Origin: an uncultured Planctomycetota bacterium
Lineage (GTDB): Bacteria; Planctomycetota; PLA2; JAEUHO01
Reading direction: 5' to 3'
Assembly: GCA_963752285.1 (NCBI GenBank)
Contig: CAVVXN010000005.1
Span: 1,760,001-1,824,000, forward strand
DNA length: 64,000 nt
Made by a program: the position numbers and the translations under genes. A model generated the notes under the pieces. That model ran no database searches and was not told where the DNA came from. It saw only the letters and a list, made by a program, of their open reading frames with translations. This document shows, piece by piece, positions 9,539 through 19,444 of the stretch. Each line of letters starts with the position of its first letter. Position 1 is the first letter of the stretch.

Positions 9539-9762
9539 CGGTCCTGCGTTTGCGACGAGGCATAAGTAGCCAATGGACAAAGGGTTATGTCTATGATCGG
9601 CGCCGCGGGGGGCACGGCGCGGCGATGCGACGTGCGATCCTGCACGCCGGCAGACCGCCCCGACCCGGCGACGGGCCCGCGCCCGGAGCCTCCCCCTTCC
9701 GGAGCCCCGTCCGGGTCCAGAAGGGCGGATCCGGTCCGATTAGGCTGGGCACGGAGGCATCG

Positions 9763-10272
9763 ATGATCCGAGCCGTGACCCTTCCCGCGGGGCTCCTCCT
9801 GGTCCTCGTGGCCCTCGCGCGCGCCGAACCGGAGTCAAGGGCGGCGTTCCTGCTCCCCGGCGGCGTCCGCGTCGCGGGAGCGCCGGTCGCGGGCCCCGGC
9901 CCCTTCGTCCGCGTGGCGGTGGGGCGCTTCGTGTACGAGCTCGAGCCCGAGAACATCGTCCGCGAGGGATCCGGCACGAGCGCGCCCGCGAGCGAAGAGG
10001 TCTCCCGCCTCGTGGAAGACCTCGTCCCACGCCTGGCGTCCACGGACCCCGACGTGGCCCGCGCCGCGCGTGCGGCGCTTCTCGTCCTCGGGACCCGAGC
10101 GATCGAGGATCTCGACGCCGCCCGCCGCGAGGCGGGAGCGGGTCCCCTCGGCGACGCGCTCGACGAGGTGAGGTCGGAGATCCGCGCCACGGGCGCGACG
10201 GCGCGAGGTCCCGCTCCCACCGTCCCGAGCCGGCCCGTCCCGAAGGGAACGTCCCCCGGAGCCGGACGATGA
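9763..10272 (+). CDS. Hypothetical secreted protein
   Basis: SD GGAGG, signal-peptide-like MIRAVTLPAGLLLVLVALARA, HEAT-like LASTDPDVARAARAALL; ATGA overlap with next gene. Confidence 0.6.
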   Translation: MIRAVTLPAGLLLVLVALARAEPESRAAFLLPGGVRVAGAPVAGPGPFVRVAVGRFVYELEPENIVREGSGTSAPASEEVSRLVEDLVPRLASTDPDVARAARAALLVLGTRAIEDLDAARREAGAGPLGDALDEVRSEIRATGATARGPAPTVPSRPVPKGTSPGAGR

Positions 10273-11549
10273 CGCCCCGCCGTCGACTCGTCCTGGCGCT
10301 CTCGCCCATCGTGTTCCTGGGGCTCGCGGCGGCGGGCGTCCTTCCCGACGCGCACGCGGACGAGACCACCTTCCAGAACCTCATGGACCGCGCCCGACAG
10401 ACGCTCCGGGAGGCGGAGCGTCTCTGGAACGCGGGCGACCCCGGCGCGCGTCCGCTCGCCGATCGTGTCGACCTGCTCCTGGAACAGGCCGACTCCCAGC
10501 GATCCGGCGAGCCCGCGGTCGCGCTGGTGGGCGTCGAGACGGCCGTGATCGCCGGCGACCCCGCGCGGGCCCGACGGTGGCTCGACCGCTACGCCAAGCG
10601 CTCCCCGTACGGCGAGGACGACCCGGACCTCTACTACGCCCGAGCGTTGATCGCGTACTACCTGGACGAGGTGCCGGGAAGGGCGGTCGCCCTCCTGCGC
10701 CGCATGAACGAGCTGAGCCCGAAGGCCGGGGGGCAGGCGCGAAACCTCCTCTACTACCGGTCCCTCATGGCGGAAGGCGCGCGGCTCGTACAGGGGAGCG
10801 CCTTCGGGGACGCCGTCCCCCTCTTCCAGGAGGCCGCGCGACGAGCGATCGCTCTCGGCGACCACAAGAAGGAGCTGGCCGCACGGGGCAACGCCGGGAT
10901 CTCGCTCGACGCGGCGGGCCGGCACGACGACGCGGAGGTCGTGTTCCACCACCTGGCCGACGAGGACCCGAGGAACCCGACGTGGGCGTGGTACCGCGCG
11001 GAGAGCCTCGCGGGCGCCGGGAAGCTCGCCGAGGCCCTCCCGGTGTACGAGCGCGTTCTCGCGCTCCTCCCCGAGTCCCACCTCCCGTCGCCCGACCTCG
11101 CGCGCATGCAGCTCGCATGGCTGCGCCTCGGGAACGTGCACCGCGGCCTCGCCGCGCACGAGACGGACCCCGCGAAGCGCCGCGCGGAGCTCGCGGAGGC
11201 GGAGAAGGACTTCCGCCGGATGGTCGAGCTCGAGCCGGACCTCGCGCTCGGACACTACTGGCTGGGCGTCGTCCTCTACGAGGACCTGAAGCGGCCGTAC
11301 GAGGCCGTCGAGGAGCTCGAACGCGCGCGGACGCTCGACCCGGTGAGCGACGCCGCGCTCGAGTTCCTCATCCGGATCGGGACGCAGAACGGCCCGCCCC
11401 CGACCGACGACCCCGCGGCGGCCGCGAAGGCGCACGAGGCGTGGGCCGAACGCCTGGCCGCGTGGCGGAAGGACTACGAGGATCACAAGGCCGAGCGTGC
11501 CGACCAGAGACGCACCCGCCCCCCCTTCCCCTTCCGGCCGGGGCGCTGA
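10269..11549 (+). CDS. Secreted tetratricopeptide repeat protein
   Basis: Signal peptide and several TPR-like repeats (AEKDFRRMVELEPDLALGHYWLG). Confidence 0.8.
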   Translation: MTPRRRLVLALSPIVFLGLAAAGVLPDAHADETTFQNLMDRARQTLREAERLWNAGDPGARPLADRVDLLLEQADSQRSGEPAVALVGVETAVIAGDPARARRWLDRYAKRSPYGEDDPDLYYARALIAYYLDEVPGRAVALLRRMNELSPKAGGQARNLLYYRSLMAEGARLVQGSAFGDAVPLFQEAARRAIALGDHKKELAARGNAGISLDAAGRHDDAEVVFHHLADEDPRNPTWAWYRAESLAGAGKLAEALPVYERVLALLPESHLPSPDLARMQLAWLRLGNVHRGLAAHETDPAKRRAELAEAEKDFRRMVELEPDLALGHYWLGVVLYEDLKRPYEAVEELERARTLDPVSDAALEFLIRIGTQNGPPPTDDPAAAAKAHEAWAERLAAWRKDYEDHKAERADQRRTRPPFPFRPGR

Positions 11550-12165
11550 GGGCCGAGTTCGGGCCCCTTCCTCCTCCTTGCGTGCATTCGCACGCGGCGT
11601 CGTCGTCATGAGCCCTCCTTTCGTCCCTCAGCGCCCCGGCTCGAGGGGCGGGTCGGACTGGGGACGGACGCGGGGACCGTGCGCGTCGCGCACTTCGCGC
11701 GCTCGCAGCGGACGGGCCTTGCGGGGCGCTGAGGGCCGAGTTCGGGCCCCTTCCTCCTCCTTGCGTGCATTCGCACGCGGCGTCGTCGTCATGAGCCCTC
11801 CTTTCGGCCCTCAGCGCCCCGGCTCGAGGGACGGGCGGACTGGGGACGGACGCGGGGACCGTGCGCGTCGCGCGCTTCGCGCGCTCGCAGCGGACGGGCC
11901 TTGCGGGGCGCTGAGGGCCGGGTTCGGGCCCCTTCCTCCTCCTTGCGTGCATTCGCACGCGGCGTCGTCGTCATGAGCCCTCCTTTCGTCCCTCAGCGCC
12001 CCGGCTCGAGGGACGGGTCGGACTGGGGACGGACGCGGGGACCGTGCGCGTCGCGCGCTTCGCGCGCTCGCGGCGGACGGGCCTGGCGGGACCGGGCGGA
12101 GCGGATGGCGGGGCCCGGACGCGTCGCGCGCTTCGCGCGCTTGCGGCGGACGGGCCTGGCGGGGC
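11537..12165. repeat. Mosaic tandem repeat: 3 copies of a 182-183-bp unit (element A + element B) plus an extra partial element B
   Basis: Units begin at 11541, 11724 and 11906; A = GGGCGCTGAGGG...CCCTCAGCGCCC; B contains hairpin GCGCGC-TTC-GCGCGC followed by GCGGACGGGCC. Confidence 0.95.
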
Positions 12166-12270
12166 GGGTCGGAGCGGACGGCGGGGCCCTGGCGCGTCCG
12201 CGCGCGCGTGGGGGTCGGACCCCGGGGGGAGGATGTCGGGTCGCTCGTCGGGACGCGTTGCGAGGAACCG

Positions 12271-14070
12271 ATGCCGGGACTGCCGTTTCGCCCGTTCGAC
12301 CTCGAGGCCACACCCGAGGTGGACGGCGAGGTCGGCGCGTGGGTGCGGCGGCTCGACGACGCGCTCGGCCGGGAAGGAGACGCGGGCGCCGACGACGCCC
12401 GGGAGGCGATCGAGCGGCTTCGCGCGCTCTGGCGCGCACGCCCGGCGGCGTTCGACGAGGCCCTCGTCTCGCGCCTGAAGGAGGTCGGCCGTCGCCTGGA
12501 GCGCCCGGCCCGGACTTCCGCGCCACCGGCCGACGCGCTCCTGGTCCTGAGGACCGTGTTCGGGTACCCGTCTTTCCGCCCCGGCCAGGAGGAGCTGGTC
12601 AACGCCGTCCTCGCGCGCCGCGACGCGGTCGGCATCCTCCCCACGGGCGCGGGGAAGTCCATCGCGTTCCAGCTCCCCGCGCGGCTCCTCGACAAGCCCA
12701 CGCTCGTCGTATCTCCCCTGATCTCCCTCATGAAGGACCAGGTGGACGCCCTCGAGCAGACCGGTATCGCCGCCACGTTCCTGAACTCGACGGTCGAACC
12801 CGTCGAGCGGGCGCGGCGCGTCGCGGGCCTCGAGCGCGGCGCGTACGAGATCGTCTACGTGGCGCCGGAGGGCCTCCGGACCCATCTGCTCGCGGAGCTC
12901 GGCCGCGTGGAGATGGGCCTGGTCGCCGTGGACGAGGCGCACTGCATCAGCCACTGGGGACACGACTTCCGGCCCGCGTACCGCGAGCTCGTGGGCTTGC
13001 GGCGCCGGTTCGCGGGCGTGCCGTTCCTCGCGCTCACCGCGACAGCCACGCGTCGCGTCGAGGCGGACGTGATCGAGCAGCTCGGCATGCGAGACCCACT
13101 GGTCGTCCGCGGCTCGTTCTTCCGCCCGAACCTCCACCTCCACGCGTACCGCAAGGCGGCGCGGATCGACGGCGAGCGCGCGGTGCCCCCGGTGCGCGAG
13201 GCGGTACTCCGTCTGGTCCGCCACCGCGCGGGGCAGAGCGGCATCGTGTACTGCCTGTCTCGCCGGGCGACCGAGTCCACCGCCGCGTACTTGGAGCGGG
13301 GCGGCGTCCGGGCGGCCGCATACCACGCGGGGCTCGAGGCCGGGGAGCGCGCCCGCGTGCAGGAGGCGTTCCAGGCGGACGACGTGGAGGTCGTGGTGGC
13401 GACGATCGCGTTCGGGATGGGCATCGACAAGTCGGACGTCCGGTACGTGATCCACCGGGACATGCCGCGCTCGGTGGAGGGGTACTCGCAGGAGGTGGGA
13501 CGCGCGGGACGTGACGGCCTCCCGAGCGACTGCGTGCTCTTCTACTCGTGGTCCGAGGTGACCCAGTACGACCGGTTCGCCGCCGGCGCGCCCCCCGAGG
13601 TCGCCGAGAGGGTCTGTGCGCAGGCGCGCGAGATGTTCGCGTTCGCCGACGCGCCCGCCTGCCGACACCAGGCCCTCGCTCGACACTTCGACGAGACGAT
13701 CGAACCCTGCGGCGCCTCGTGCGACGCGTGCACGATGGCCGACGTGCTGGCCGAGGCCCCGTCGGCGAAGCGCGCGCCGCGGGCGAAGGTGTCCCGTGCG
13801 ACGGTCACCGACGACCCGGTGGAGGCGGAGGCGTTCGAGCGATTGCGCCGCTTCCGACGCGAGGTCGCGACCGCCGCGGGTGTGCCGGCCTACGTCGTGT
13901 TCCACGACGCGACGCTCCTCGCGATGGTCCGGGGCCGTCCCACGACCCTCGCCGAGCTCGCCGAGGTCCCCGGCGTGGGCTCGCGGAAGCTCGAGCGGTA
14001 CGGCGCGCGGTTCCTCGCGTGCCTCCTCGGGGAACCCGATCCCGGTTCCGGTCTCGCCGAGACCGTCTGA
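12271..14070 (+). CDS. recQ: RecQ-family ATP-dependent DNA helicase with HRDC domain
   Basis: FGYPSFRPGQ, PTGAGKS, DEAHCISHWGHDFRP, ATIAFGMGIDK, QEVGRAGRDG, Zn-binding CR...CGASCDAC, HRDC VPAYVVFHDATL; start uncertain. Confidence 0.92.
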   Translation: MPGLPFRPFDLEATPEVDGEVGAWVRRLDDALGREGDAGADDAREAIERLRALWRARPAAFDEALVSRLKEVGRRLERPARTSAPPADALLVLRTVFGYPSFRPGQEELVNAVLARRDAVGILPTGAGKSIAFQLPARLLDKPTLVVSPLISLMKDQVDALEQTGIAATFLNSTVEPVERARRVAGLERGAYEIVYVAPEGLRTHLLAELGRVEMGLVAVDEAHCISHWGHDFRPAYRELVGLRRRFAGVPFLALTATATRRVEADVIEQLGMRDPLVVRGSFFRPNLHLHAYRKAARIDGERAVPPVREAVLRLVRHRAGQSGIVYCLSRRATESTAAYLERGGVRAAAYHAGLEAGERARVQEAFQADDVEVVVATIAFGMGIDKSDVRYVIHRDMPRSVEGYSQEVGRAGRDGLPSDCVLFYSWSEVTQYDRFAAGAPPEVAERVCAQAREMFAFADAPACRHQALARHFDETIEPCGASCDACTMADVLAEAPSAKRAPRAKVSRATVTDDPVEAEAFERLRRFRREVATAAGVPAYVVFHDATLLAMVRGRPTTLAELAEVPGVGSRKLERYGARFLACLLGEPDPGSGLAETV

Positions 14071-14128
14071 ACCGTACCCTTCGTGCGCCGCGGGGCCCGG
14101 CCGACACGGGGTGCCGCCCCGCGGTCGT

Positions 14129-15754
14129 TCAGCGAGACACGATCCACTCGCCGGAGGCGGGTACGTCCGACGTGTGGACGTCCTCCCGGCCGTCGGGCCA
14201 GCGGATCCTGACCTCGGCCGGCGTGGATGCCGCGAGGCCGAACGTGAGCGCGAGATCGGAGCCCGAGCCGAGGCTCGCACCGAGAACGACCCGATCCGTC
14301 ATCACGAGTCCGTCCGCGCGCGTGACGGTCACCACGCTGCCCACCGCATCCCGGTTCACCCCGTCGCCGCCCCGGAGGCGGACCGTGAGCGAGCGACGCA
14401 CGTTCCCGTTCGACGCGCCGCGGTTGTGGAGAAGGTGGTACGCCCCGTCGGGAACCGCGATCACGAGGTCGGGCCATCCGTCGCGGTCGTAGTCCGCCAT
14501 CGCGACGCCGGCCGCCCGGCCGGGGTCCGACGCGCCGCTCGCGGCCGAGACGTCGGTGAACGTGGTCCCGCCGTCTCCGAGCCAGAGCCGGTTCCCCTGG
14601 GCGTCCAGCGCGAGGTAGAGGTCCGGGTGGCCGTCCAGGTCGAAGTCGCCGAAGACCGTGCCCCACGAGCTCCCGGAGACGTCCAGCCCGAAGTCCGCGG
14701 CGCGGCTCTGGAACGTCCCGTCCCCGTGATTCACGAGGAGCACGGCCGGCCCTTCGTTCGACGCGAAGAGGTCCGGGTCTCCGTCGTGGTCGAAGTCGCC
14801 GATCGCGAGCCCCATCCCCTCCATGCGCGCGTCCGCGCCGGCCGCGACCGCCACCTCGGTGAAGGTCCACCCGGACGGTCCGATCCCGTCATTGCGCCAG
14901 AGGACGTTCCGATTGAACGGCGCGCTCGTGGGGGGCGGGCCCGAGTAGCCCTTGTCGTTGACGAGGTAGATGTCCACGTCTCCGTCGCCGTCGAGGTCGA
15001 CGAAGCTCGCCACGAAGCCGAGCCCGGTCGTCTCGGCGTCTCCGAGGAGGCTCGTGACGTCGGTGAAGGTGCCGTTGCCCTCGTTGTGGTAGAGCCGGTC
15101 GCGGGACGCGTAGGGGTCCTCCAGCGTGGTGGCGTGCGCGTAGCCCCAGTTCGTGACGTACAGGTCGAGGTGCCCGTCCCTGTCGTAGTCGCCGAAGCTC
15201 GCCGTCATGCCGCGGCCGTCGTCGCCGACGCCCGCCGCCTGGGTCACGTCCGAGAATCCCTGCCCCTGTTCGTTTCGGAACAGGACGTTCGCGCCCCACT
15301 GGACGACGTACAGGTCCTCCCACCCGTCGTCGTCGTAGTCCACGAACACGGCGCCGCCGCTCATCCCCGTCGGGAGTGCGACCTCGCTCGACACGGGGGA
15401 GACCTCGAACGTCCCGTCCCCGCGGTTCCGGTAGAGGACGTTCGGACCGTCCTGCCTCGTCACGTAGAGGTCGAGCCATCCGTCCCCGTCGTAGTCGCCC
15501 CACGCCTGGCCCGAGGTCTCGTAGCCGAACGGCCACGGGCTCGGCGCGGCGATGCCCGCCGCGTCGGTGACGTCCTCGAAGAGCGGGAACGCCGGTCCGG
15601 AGGGGGGCGGCGTCACCGGCGGAACGACCGGCGGGTCGGTGGCGGGCGCGCCCGAGCCGCCGCCGCACGCGACGAGGACCAGGAGGACGACGGAGAAGAG
15701 GCGCCGCGCCGCGGAGCCGAAGACGACGGCCGGCACACACCGCGCGTCGCGCAT
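14129..15754 (-). CDS. CRTAC1/ASPIC-UnbV family FG-GAP repeat lipoprotein
   Basis: Lipobox LVAC; repeated GDYDGDGWLDLYV motifs; C-terminal NRDAVGS...FGL...IRWPDG. Confidence 0.88.
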   Translation of the reverse strand: MRDARCVPAVVFGSAARRLFSVVLLVLVACGGGSGAPATDPPVVPPVTPPPSGPAFPLFEDVTDAAGIAAPSPWPFGYETSGQAWGDYDGDGWLDLYVTRQDGPNVLYRNRGDGTFEVSPVSSEVALPTGMSGGAVFVDYDDDGWEDLYVVQWGANVLFRNEQGQGFSDVTQAAGVGDDGRGMTASFGDYDRDGHLDLYVTNWGYAHATTLEDPYASRDRLYHNEGNGTFTDVTSLLGDAETTGLGFVASFVDLDGDGDVDIYLVNDKGYSGPPPTSAPFNRNVLWRNDGIGPSGWTFTEVAVAAGADARMEGMGLAIGDFDHDGDPDLFASNEGPAVLLVNHGDGTFQSRAADFGLDVSGSSWGTVFGDFDLDGHPDLYLALDAQGNRLWLGDGGTTFTDVSAASGASDPGRAAGVAMADYDRDGWPDLVIAVPDGAYHLLHNRGASNGNVRRSLTVRLRGGDGVNRDAVGSVVTVTRADGLVMTDRVVLGASLGSGSDLALTFGLAASTPAEVRIRWPDGREDVHTSDVPASGEWIVSR

Positions 15755-15856
15755 ACGTCCTCCGGCGCCCGCCCGCGGGCGACGAGGAGAGCATACCCCC
15801 CGTCGCGGTCCAGGTGGCGCCGGCCCGCGCCCGGTCGCCGCGGGCCTGCACCCGCC

Positions 15857-17314
15857 TCAGCCGCGGTCGGGACGAGGGAGCGCCGCGAGGAACGAGCGCG
15901 CCCAGTCGTGGACCGTGTGGCGGCGAACCGTCCGGCGGAGCGCGCGCATGCGACGGGCCGCCTCGGCGGGACGCATGTAGAGCGCGGCGTTCATCGCTTC
16001 GGCGAGGCCGTCCACGTCGTGGGGGTTCACGAGGAGCGCGCTCTTGAGCTCCCGCGCCGCACCCGCGAACTCGCTCAGGACGAGCACGCCGTCGTCCTCC
16101 GCGCGCGAGGCGACGAACTCCTTCGCGACGAGGTTCATGCCGTCCGCGAACGGGGTCACGAGCATCACGTCGGCCGCGCGGTAGAGCGCCACGAGCTCCC
16201 GGAAGGGCATCGTGCGCCGGAGGTACTGCACGGGGACGACGCCCACCGACCCGAACTGTCCGTTGATCTGCCCGACCTTCTCGTCTACCGCGCGGCGCAG
16301 GATCCGGTACTCCCCGAGCCGCTCCCGGCTCGGGACCGCCACCTGGACGAAGATGGCCCGCGGGTCGCCCATCGGCCAGCCGCGAAGCAGGTCCATGAAC
16401 GCCTCGAGGCGGCGCTCGATCCCCTTCGTGTAGTCGAGGCGGTCCACCCCGAGGATCAGCTTGCGCCCGCTGCCGAGCCGCCGGCGAAGCTCCTCGGCGC
16501 GGCGCGCGACCGCCGGGTCCTTCGCGGCTTCGGCGAAGCGCGCGACGTCGATCGAGATGGGAAAGGCATCGACACGCACCGAGCGGCCCTCGAACCGAAG
16601 GCCCTCGGACGTGCGGGTCGCGGGCCCGTACCGGCGCGCGGCGACGGCGAAGTGCTGGCGGTCGCCGTGCGTCTGGAAGCCCACCACGTCCGCACCGAGG
16701 AGACCGCGCACGAGGGCGCGTCGCCAGGGGAGCCGCCGGAAGAGCGAGTCGGGCGGGAACGGGATGTGGAGGAAGAACCCGATCGCGAGGTCGGGACGCC
16801 GTCGCCGAAGGAGCTCGGGCACGAGCTGAAGCTGGTAGTCCTGGACCCACACGACCGCGCCGCGCGCCGCCGCGCTCGCCGCGGCGTCGGCGAACCGCTC
16901 GTTCGCCGCGACGTAGCTCGCCCACCACTCGCGACGGTACGTCGGCTGCCGGACGGCGTCGTGGTAGAGGGGCCAGAGCGTCGTGTTGCACATGCCCTCG
17001 TAGAAGCCCCGCTCCTCCTCCGGGCTCAAAGGCACGGGCGCGTTCGTGATCCCCGAGTGCACGAACGGACGCGGGACGGGACCGCTCTTCCCGCTCCAGC
17101 CGATCCACGCGCCCCCGTGCTCGCGAGCGATCGGGGCGAGGGCGGAGACGAGCCCGCCGGGCGACAGGGTCCACGGCCCGCCGTCGCCTCCCCGTGAGCG
17201 CCGCACGGGCAGTGTGTGCGAGACCACGAGGAACGGCCAGGTCCTCCTGTCCGGGCGCGCCACCGGCCGTGGCCGCGCGGCCGGACGGCTCTCGGGCGCG
17301 ACGTGCGGCAGCAA
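15857..17314 (-). CDS. otsA: Trehalose-6-phosphate synthase (GT20)
   Basis: [56 protein letters not shown]; start uncertain. Confidence 0.93.
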   Translation of the reverse strand: MLPHVAPESRPAARPRPVARPDRRTWPFLVVSHTLPVRRSRGGDGGPWTLSPGGLVSALAPIAREHGGAWIGWSGKSGPVPRPFVHSGITNAPVPLSPEEERGFYEGMCNTTLWPLYHDAVRQPTYRREWWASYVAANERFADAAASAAARGAVVWVQDYQLQLVPELLRRRRPDLAIGFFLHIPFPPDSLFRRLPWRRALVRGLLGADVVGFQTHGDRQHFAVAARRYGPATRTSEGLRFEGRSVRVDAFPISIDVARFAEAAKDPAVARRAEELRRRLGSGRKLILGVDRLDYTKGIERRLEAFMDLLRGWPMGDPRAIFVQVAVPSRERLGEYRILRRAVDEKVGQINGQFGSVGVVPVQYLRRTMPFRELVALYRAADVMLVTPFADGMNLVAKEFVASRAEDDGVLVLSEFAGAARELKSALLVNPHDVDGLAEAMNAALYMRPAEAARRMRALRRTVRRHTVHDWARSFLAALPRPDRG

Positions 17315-17467
17315 GATGACGATCTCCTCGGCGCGGGAACGCTCAAGAGCCTACGCCACGCGGCGGCGATCCGGGCCGATCCGGGGCCGACGATCGGAAA
17401 TGCGGGACCGCGGCCTCGCGCGGGGGCGTCCGCCCGTCCCGTGCGATCGCCCGCGCTACAATCCCGC

Positions 17468-18277
17468 GTGATCGTGCCCGACGTCCCGCTCTCGGTCCTC
17501 TCCGACACGTCGCTCGAACGCGTCTCGCCGCGCCGGCCCGCGGAGTGGGCGCTGTTCCTCGACGTGGACGGAACGCTCCTCGACCTCGCGCCCGCACCCG
17601 ATCGCGTCCTCGTGCCGGCGGGTCTCGTCGCGCTCCTCGAGGACCTCGCGCGCGGGCTCGGGGGCGCGCTCGCGCTCGTCAGCGGTCGCGCGGTCGGCGA
17701 CGTCCTCGGGATCTTCGCGCCGCTTCGCGTTCCGGTCGCGGGGCTCCACGGGCTCGAGCTCGCACGTGGCGACGGCCTCGTGGAGTCTCTGGAGGTCGAT
17801 CCCGCGGCGCTCGAGGGCGCGCGCGAACCGCTCCGGACGTTCGTCGCACGACACCCGGGCGCGCTGCTCGAGGACAAGCGCCTCGCCCTCGCGCTCCACA
17901 CGCGCCAGGCGCCCGAGGCCTTCGAGGAGGCCCGCGCGCTCGTCCACGCGCTCGCGCGGACGTCGCCCCGCCTGACCGTGCAGGAGGGGAAGGCCGTCGT
18001 CGAGCTGAGGCCCGCGGGCGGGGGGAAGGACGTCGCGATCGAACGGTTCCTCGCCGCGGCGCCGTTCCGAGGCCGCTGGCCCGTGTTCGCGGGAGACGAC
18101 CGGACCGACGAGGACGGGTTCGCGGCCGTGAACCGTCACGCGGGTCTCTCGATCCTCGTCGGGCCAAGACGTCCGACACGTGCGACGGCGCACGTCGAGA
18201 CGCCCACTGCGTTTCGGACGTGGCTCGCCGAGGTCCACCGCCACCTCCGCGACGGGACGCCGACCCCGAACACGTGA
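17468..18277 (+). CDS. otsB: Trehalose-6-phosphate phosphatase (HAD family)
   Basis: FLDVDGTL, VSGR, GLHGLE, GKAVVELRP, GDDRTDEDGF; GTG 5 nt after TACAAT. Confidence 0.93.
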   Translation: MIVPDVPLSVLSDTSLERVSPRRPAEWALFLDVDGTLLDLAPAPDRVLVPAGLVALLEDLARGLGGALALVSGRAVGDVLGIFAPLRVPVAGLHGLELARGDGLVESLEVDPAALEGAREPLRTFVARHPGALLEDKRLALALHTRQAPEAFEEARALVHALARTSPRLTVQEGKAVVELRPAGGGKDVAIERFLAAAPFRGRWPVFAGDDRTDEDGFAAVNRHAGLSILVGPRRPTRATAHVETPTAFRTWLAEVHRHLRDGTPTPNT

Positions 18278-18284
18278 CGCGCGC

Positions 18285-19283
18285 TCAGTTCGTGACGACC
18301 GTGCCCATCTCGACCACCTCGAACGAGCCGAGGCGGACCTGCTTCAGGGTGTTCAGGTCGTCGTCGTCCCATCGGGAATCGGGGGTCCCCGACACGTAGC
18401 CGTCGCTCCCGTTGTCGGCGAGGATCATGCCGTACCGCTTCAGCGCGACGAGCACCGCGCGCGCCTCGGGCGGGAAGCCGGTCACGTCGAACGACGCCGC
18501 GAGCCGGATCCGCATGCCCATGGGCGGGAGTCCGGGATCGGTATTCGAGCTCGCGTAGTGGCGCGCGGGCGCGACGTACGCGCGCCGCGTCCGGGCCGCG
18601 GTGAACCGGAGCGCGTGGCGGACCTCCCCCGCCTCGGCGACCTCGTCGTACCGCGCGAGTCCCGGAAGGATCGGGAGGCCGGCGGCGTCCGCGGACGTCC
18701 AGCCGGCAGGCCGCGGCATGTCGAGGTCGAGGTCGAAGACCGCGCCGGACCCCGCCTCCCAGCCCCCGCCCACGGGCCAGGCGTCGAACAGCTCGTAGAG
18801 CCGGCGCGCGTCCCGGTCCAGCACGAGGACGTGCCGATCGCCGGTGGCCCCCGCCCCCCCCTCGACGGGCGCGTCGGACGGGATCGGGTACGGCCCGGGA
18901 TCGCTCTCGTCGGCGTAGCTGAACGTCACCGGGACGCGTGCCTGGCCCGCCCCCACCACGACGTACGGGATGCCGAACGGCTCCCCGTTCCAGTCGGCGC
19001 CGAAGTCGGGGTGGAGCGTCGTGCCCACGCCCATCGAGGCGATCAACACGTCGCTCTGGGAATCGACCGGCTCCTGGTCCACGCGCCGGTTCCACGGGTC
19101 GTCGCTGGGAAACGGACGGTAGCCCTCGAAACTCGCGAGCGGCCCCAGGTCCGGCGTCCCCGCCGCGCCGGGGGACGGTCCCGGCGTCGCTACGGGTCCG
19201 GGGTCGGCGGTCGGGGCCCCGCCGCCGCCCCCGCACGCGAGGAGGAGGAGGGAGAGGACCAGCGGGGCGGCTCGCGCGGTCAT
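18285..19283 (-). CDS. Conserved hypothetical lipoprotein
   Basis: Lipobox LLLAC; globular region PFPSDDPWN...GDRHVLV...LYEL...SADAAGLPILPGL...ALKRYGMILADNG; start ATG 19283. Confidence 0.75.
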   Translation of the reverse strand: MTARAAPLVLSLLLLACGGGGGAPTADPGPVATPGPSPGAAGTPDLGPLASFEGYRPFPSDDPWNRRVDQEPVDSQSDVLIASMGVGTTLHPDFGADWNGEPFGIPYVVVGAGQARVPVTFSYADESDPGPYPIPSDAPVEGGAGATGDRHVLVLDRDARRLYELFDAWPVGGGWEAGSGAVFDLDLDMPRPAGWTSADAAGLPILPGLARYDEVAEAGEVRHALRFTAARTRRAYVAPARHYASSNTDPGLPPMGMRIRLAASFDVTGFPPEARAVLVALKRYGMILADNGSDGYVSGTPDSRWDDDDLNTLKQVRLGSFEVVEMGTVVTN

Positions 19284-19444
19284 GAACGCTCCCGGAGACG
19301 CGGCTCCGATCGAGCATCGACCTCCTCGGGGGTCGTGCCGCGCTCCCAGGGCCCGGGCCTGAACGAGTCCTTCAGGAGGCCCGGCTCCCGGGGCCGCGTC
19401 CGACCGCCCTCGGGGGCCCGGCACCCGGAACCCTCGGGCGACGC

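Noticed and set aside
5445..9569. 1374-aa ORF and other very long Arg/Gly/Pro-rich ORFs (e.g. 29330-33895, 13616-17197, 55307-58276)
   Set aside because: Shadow frames of real genes in high-GC DNA with no recognisable motifs
9561..9589. dif site
   Set aside because: CATAA and TTATG are 19 nt apart rather than the 6-nt dif spacer, and there is no XerD arm TTATGTTAAAT
11537..12165. CRISPR array or hammerhead ribozyme
   Set aside because: Whole units are duplicated with no unique spacers; the minus-strand CTGAGGGACGAAAG resembles but does not satisfy the CUGANGA...GAAA...UH core
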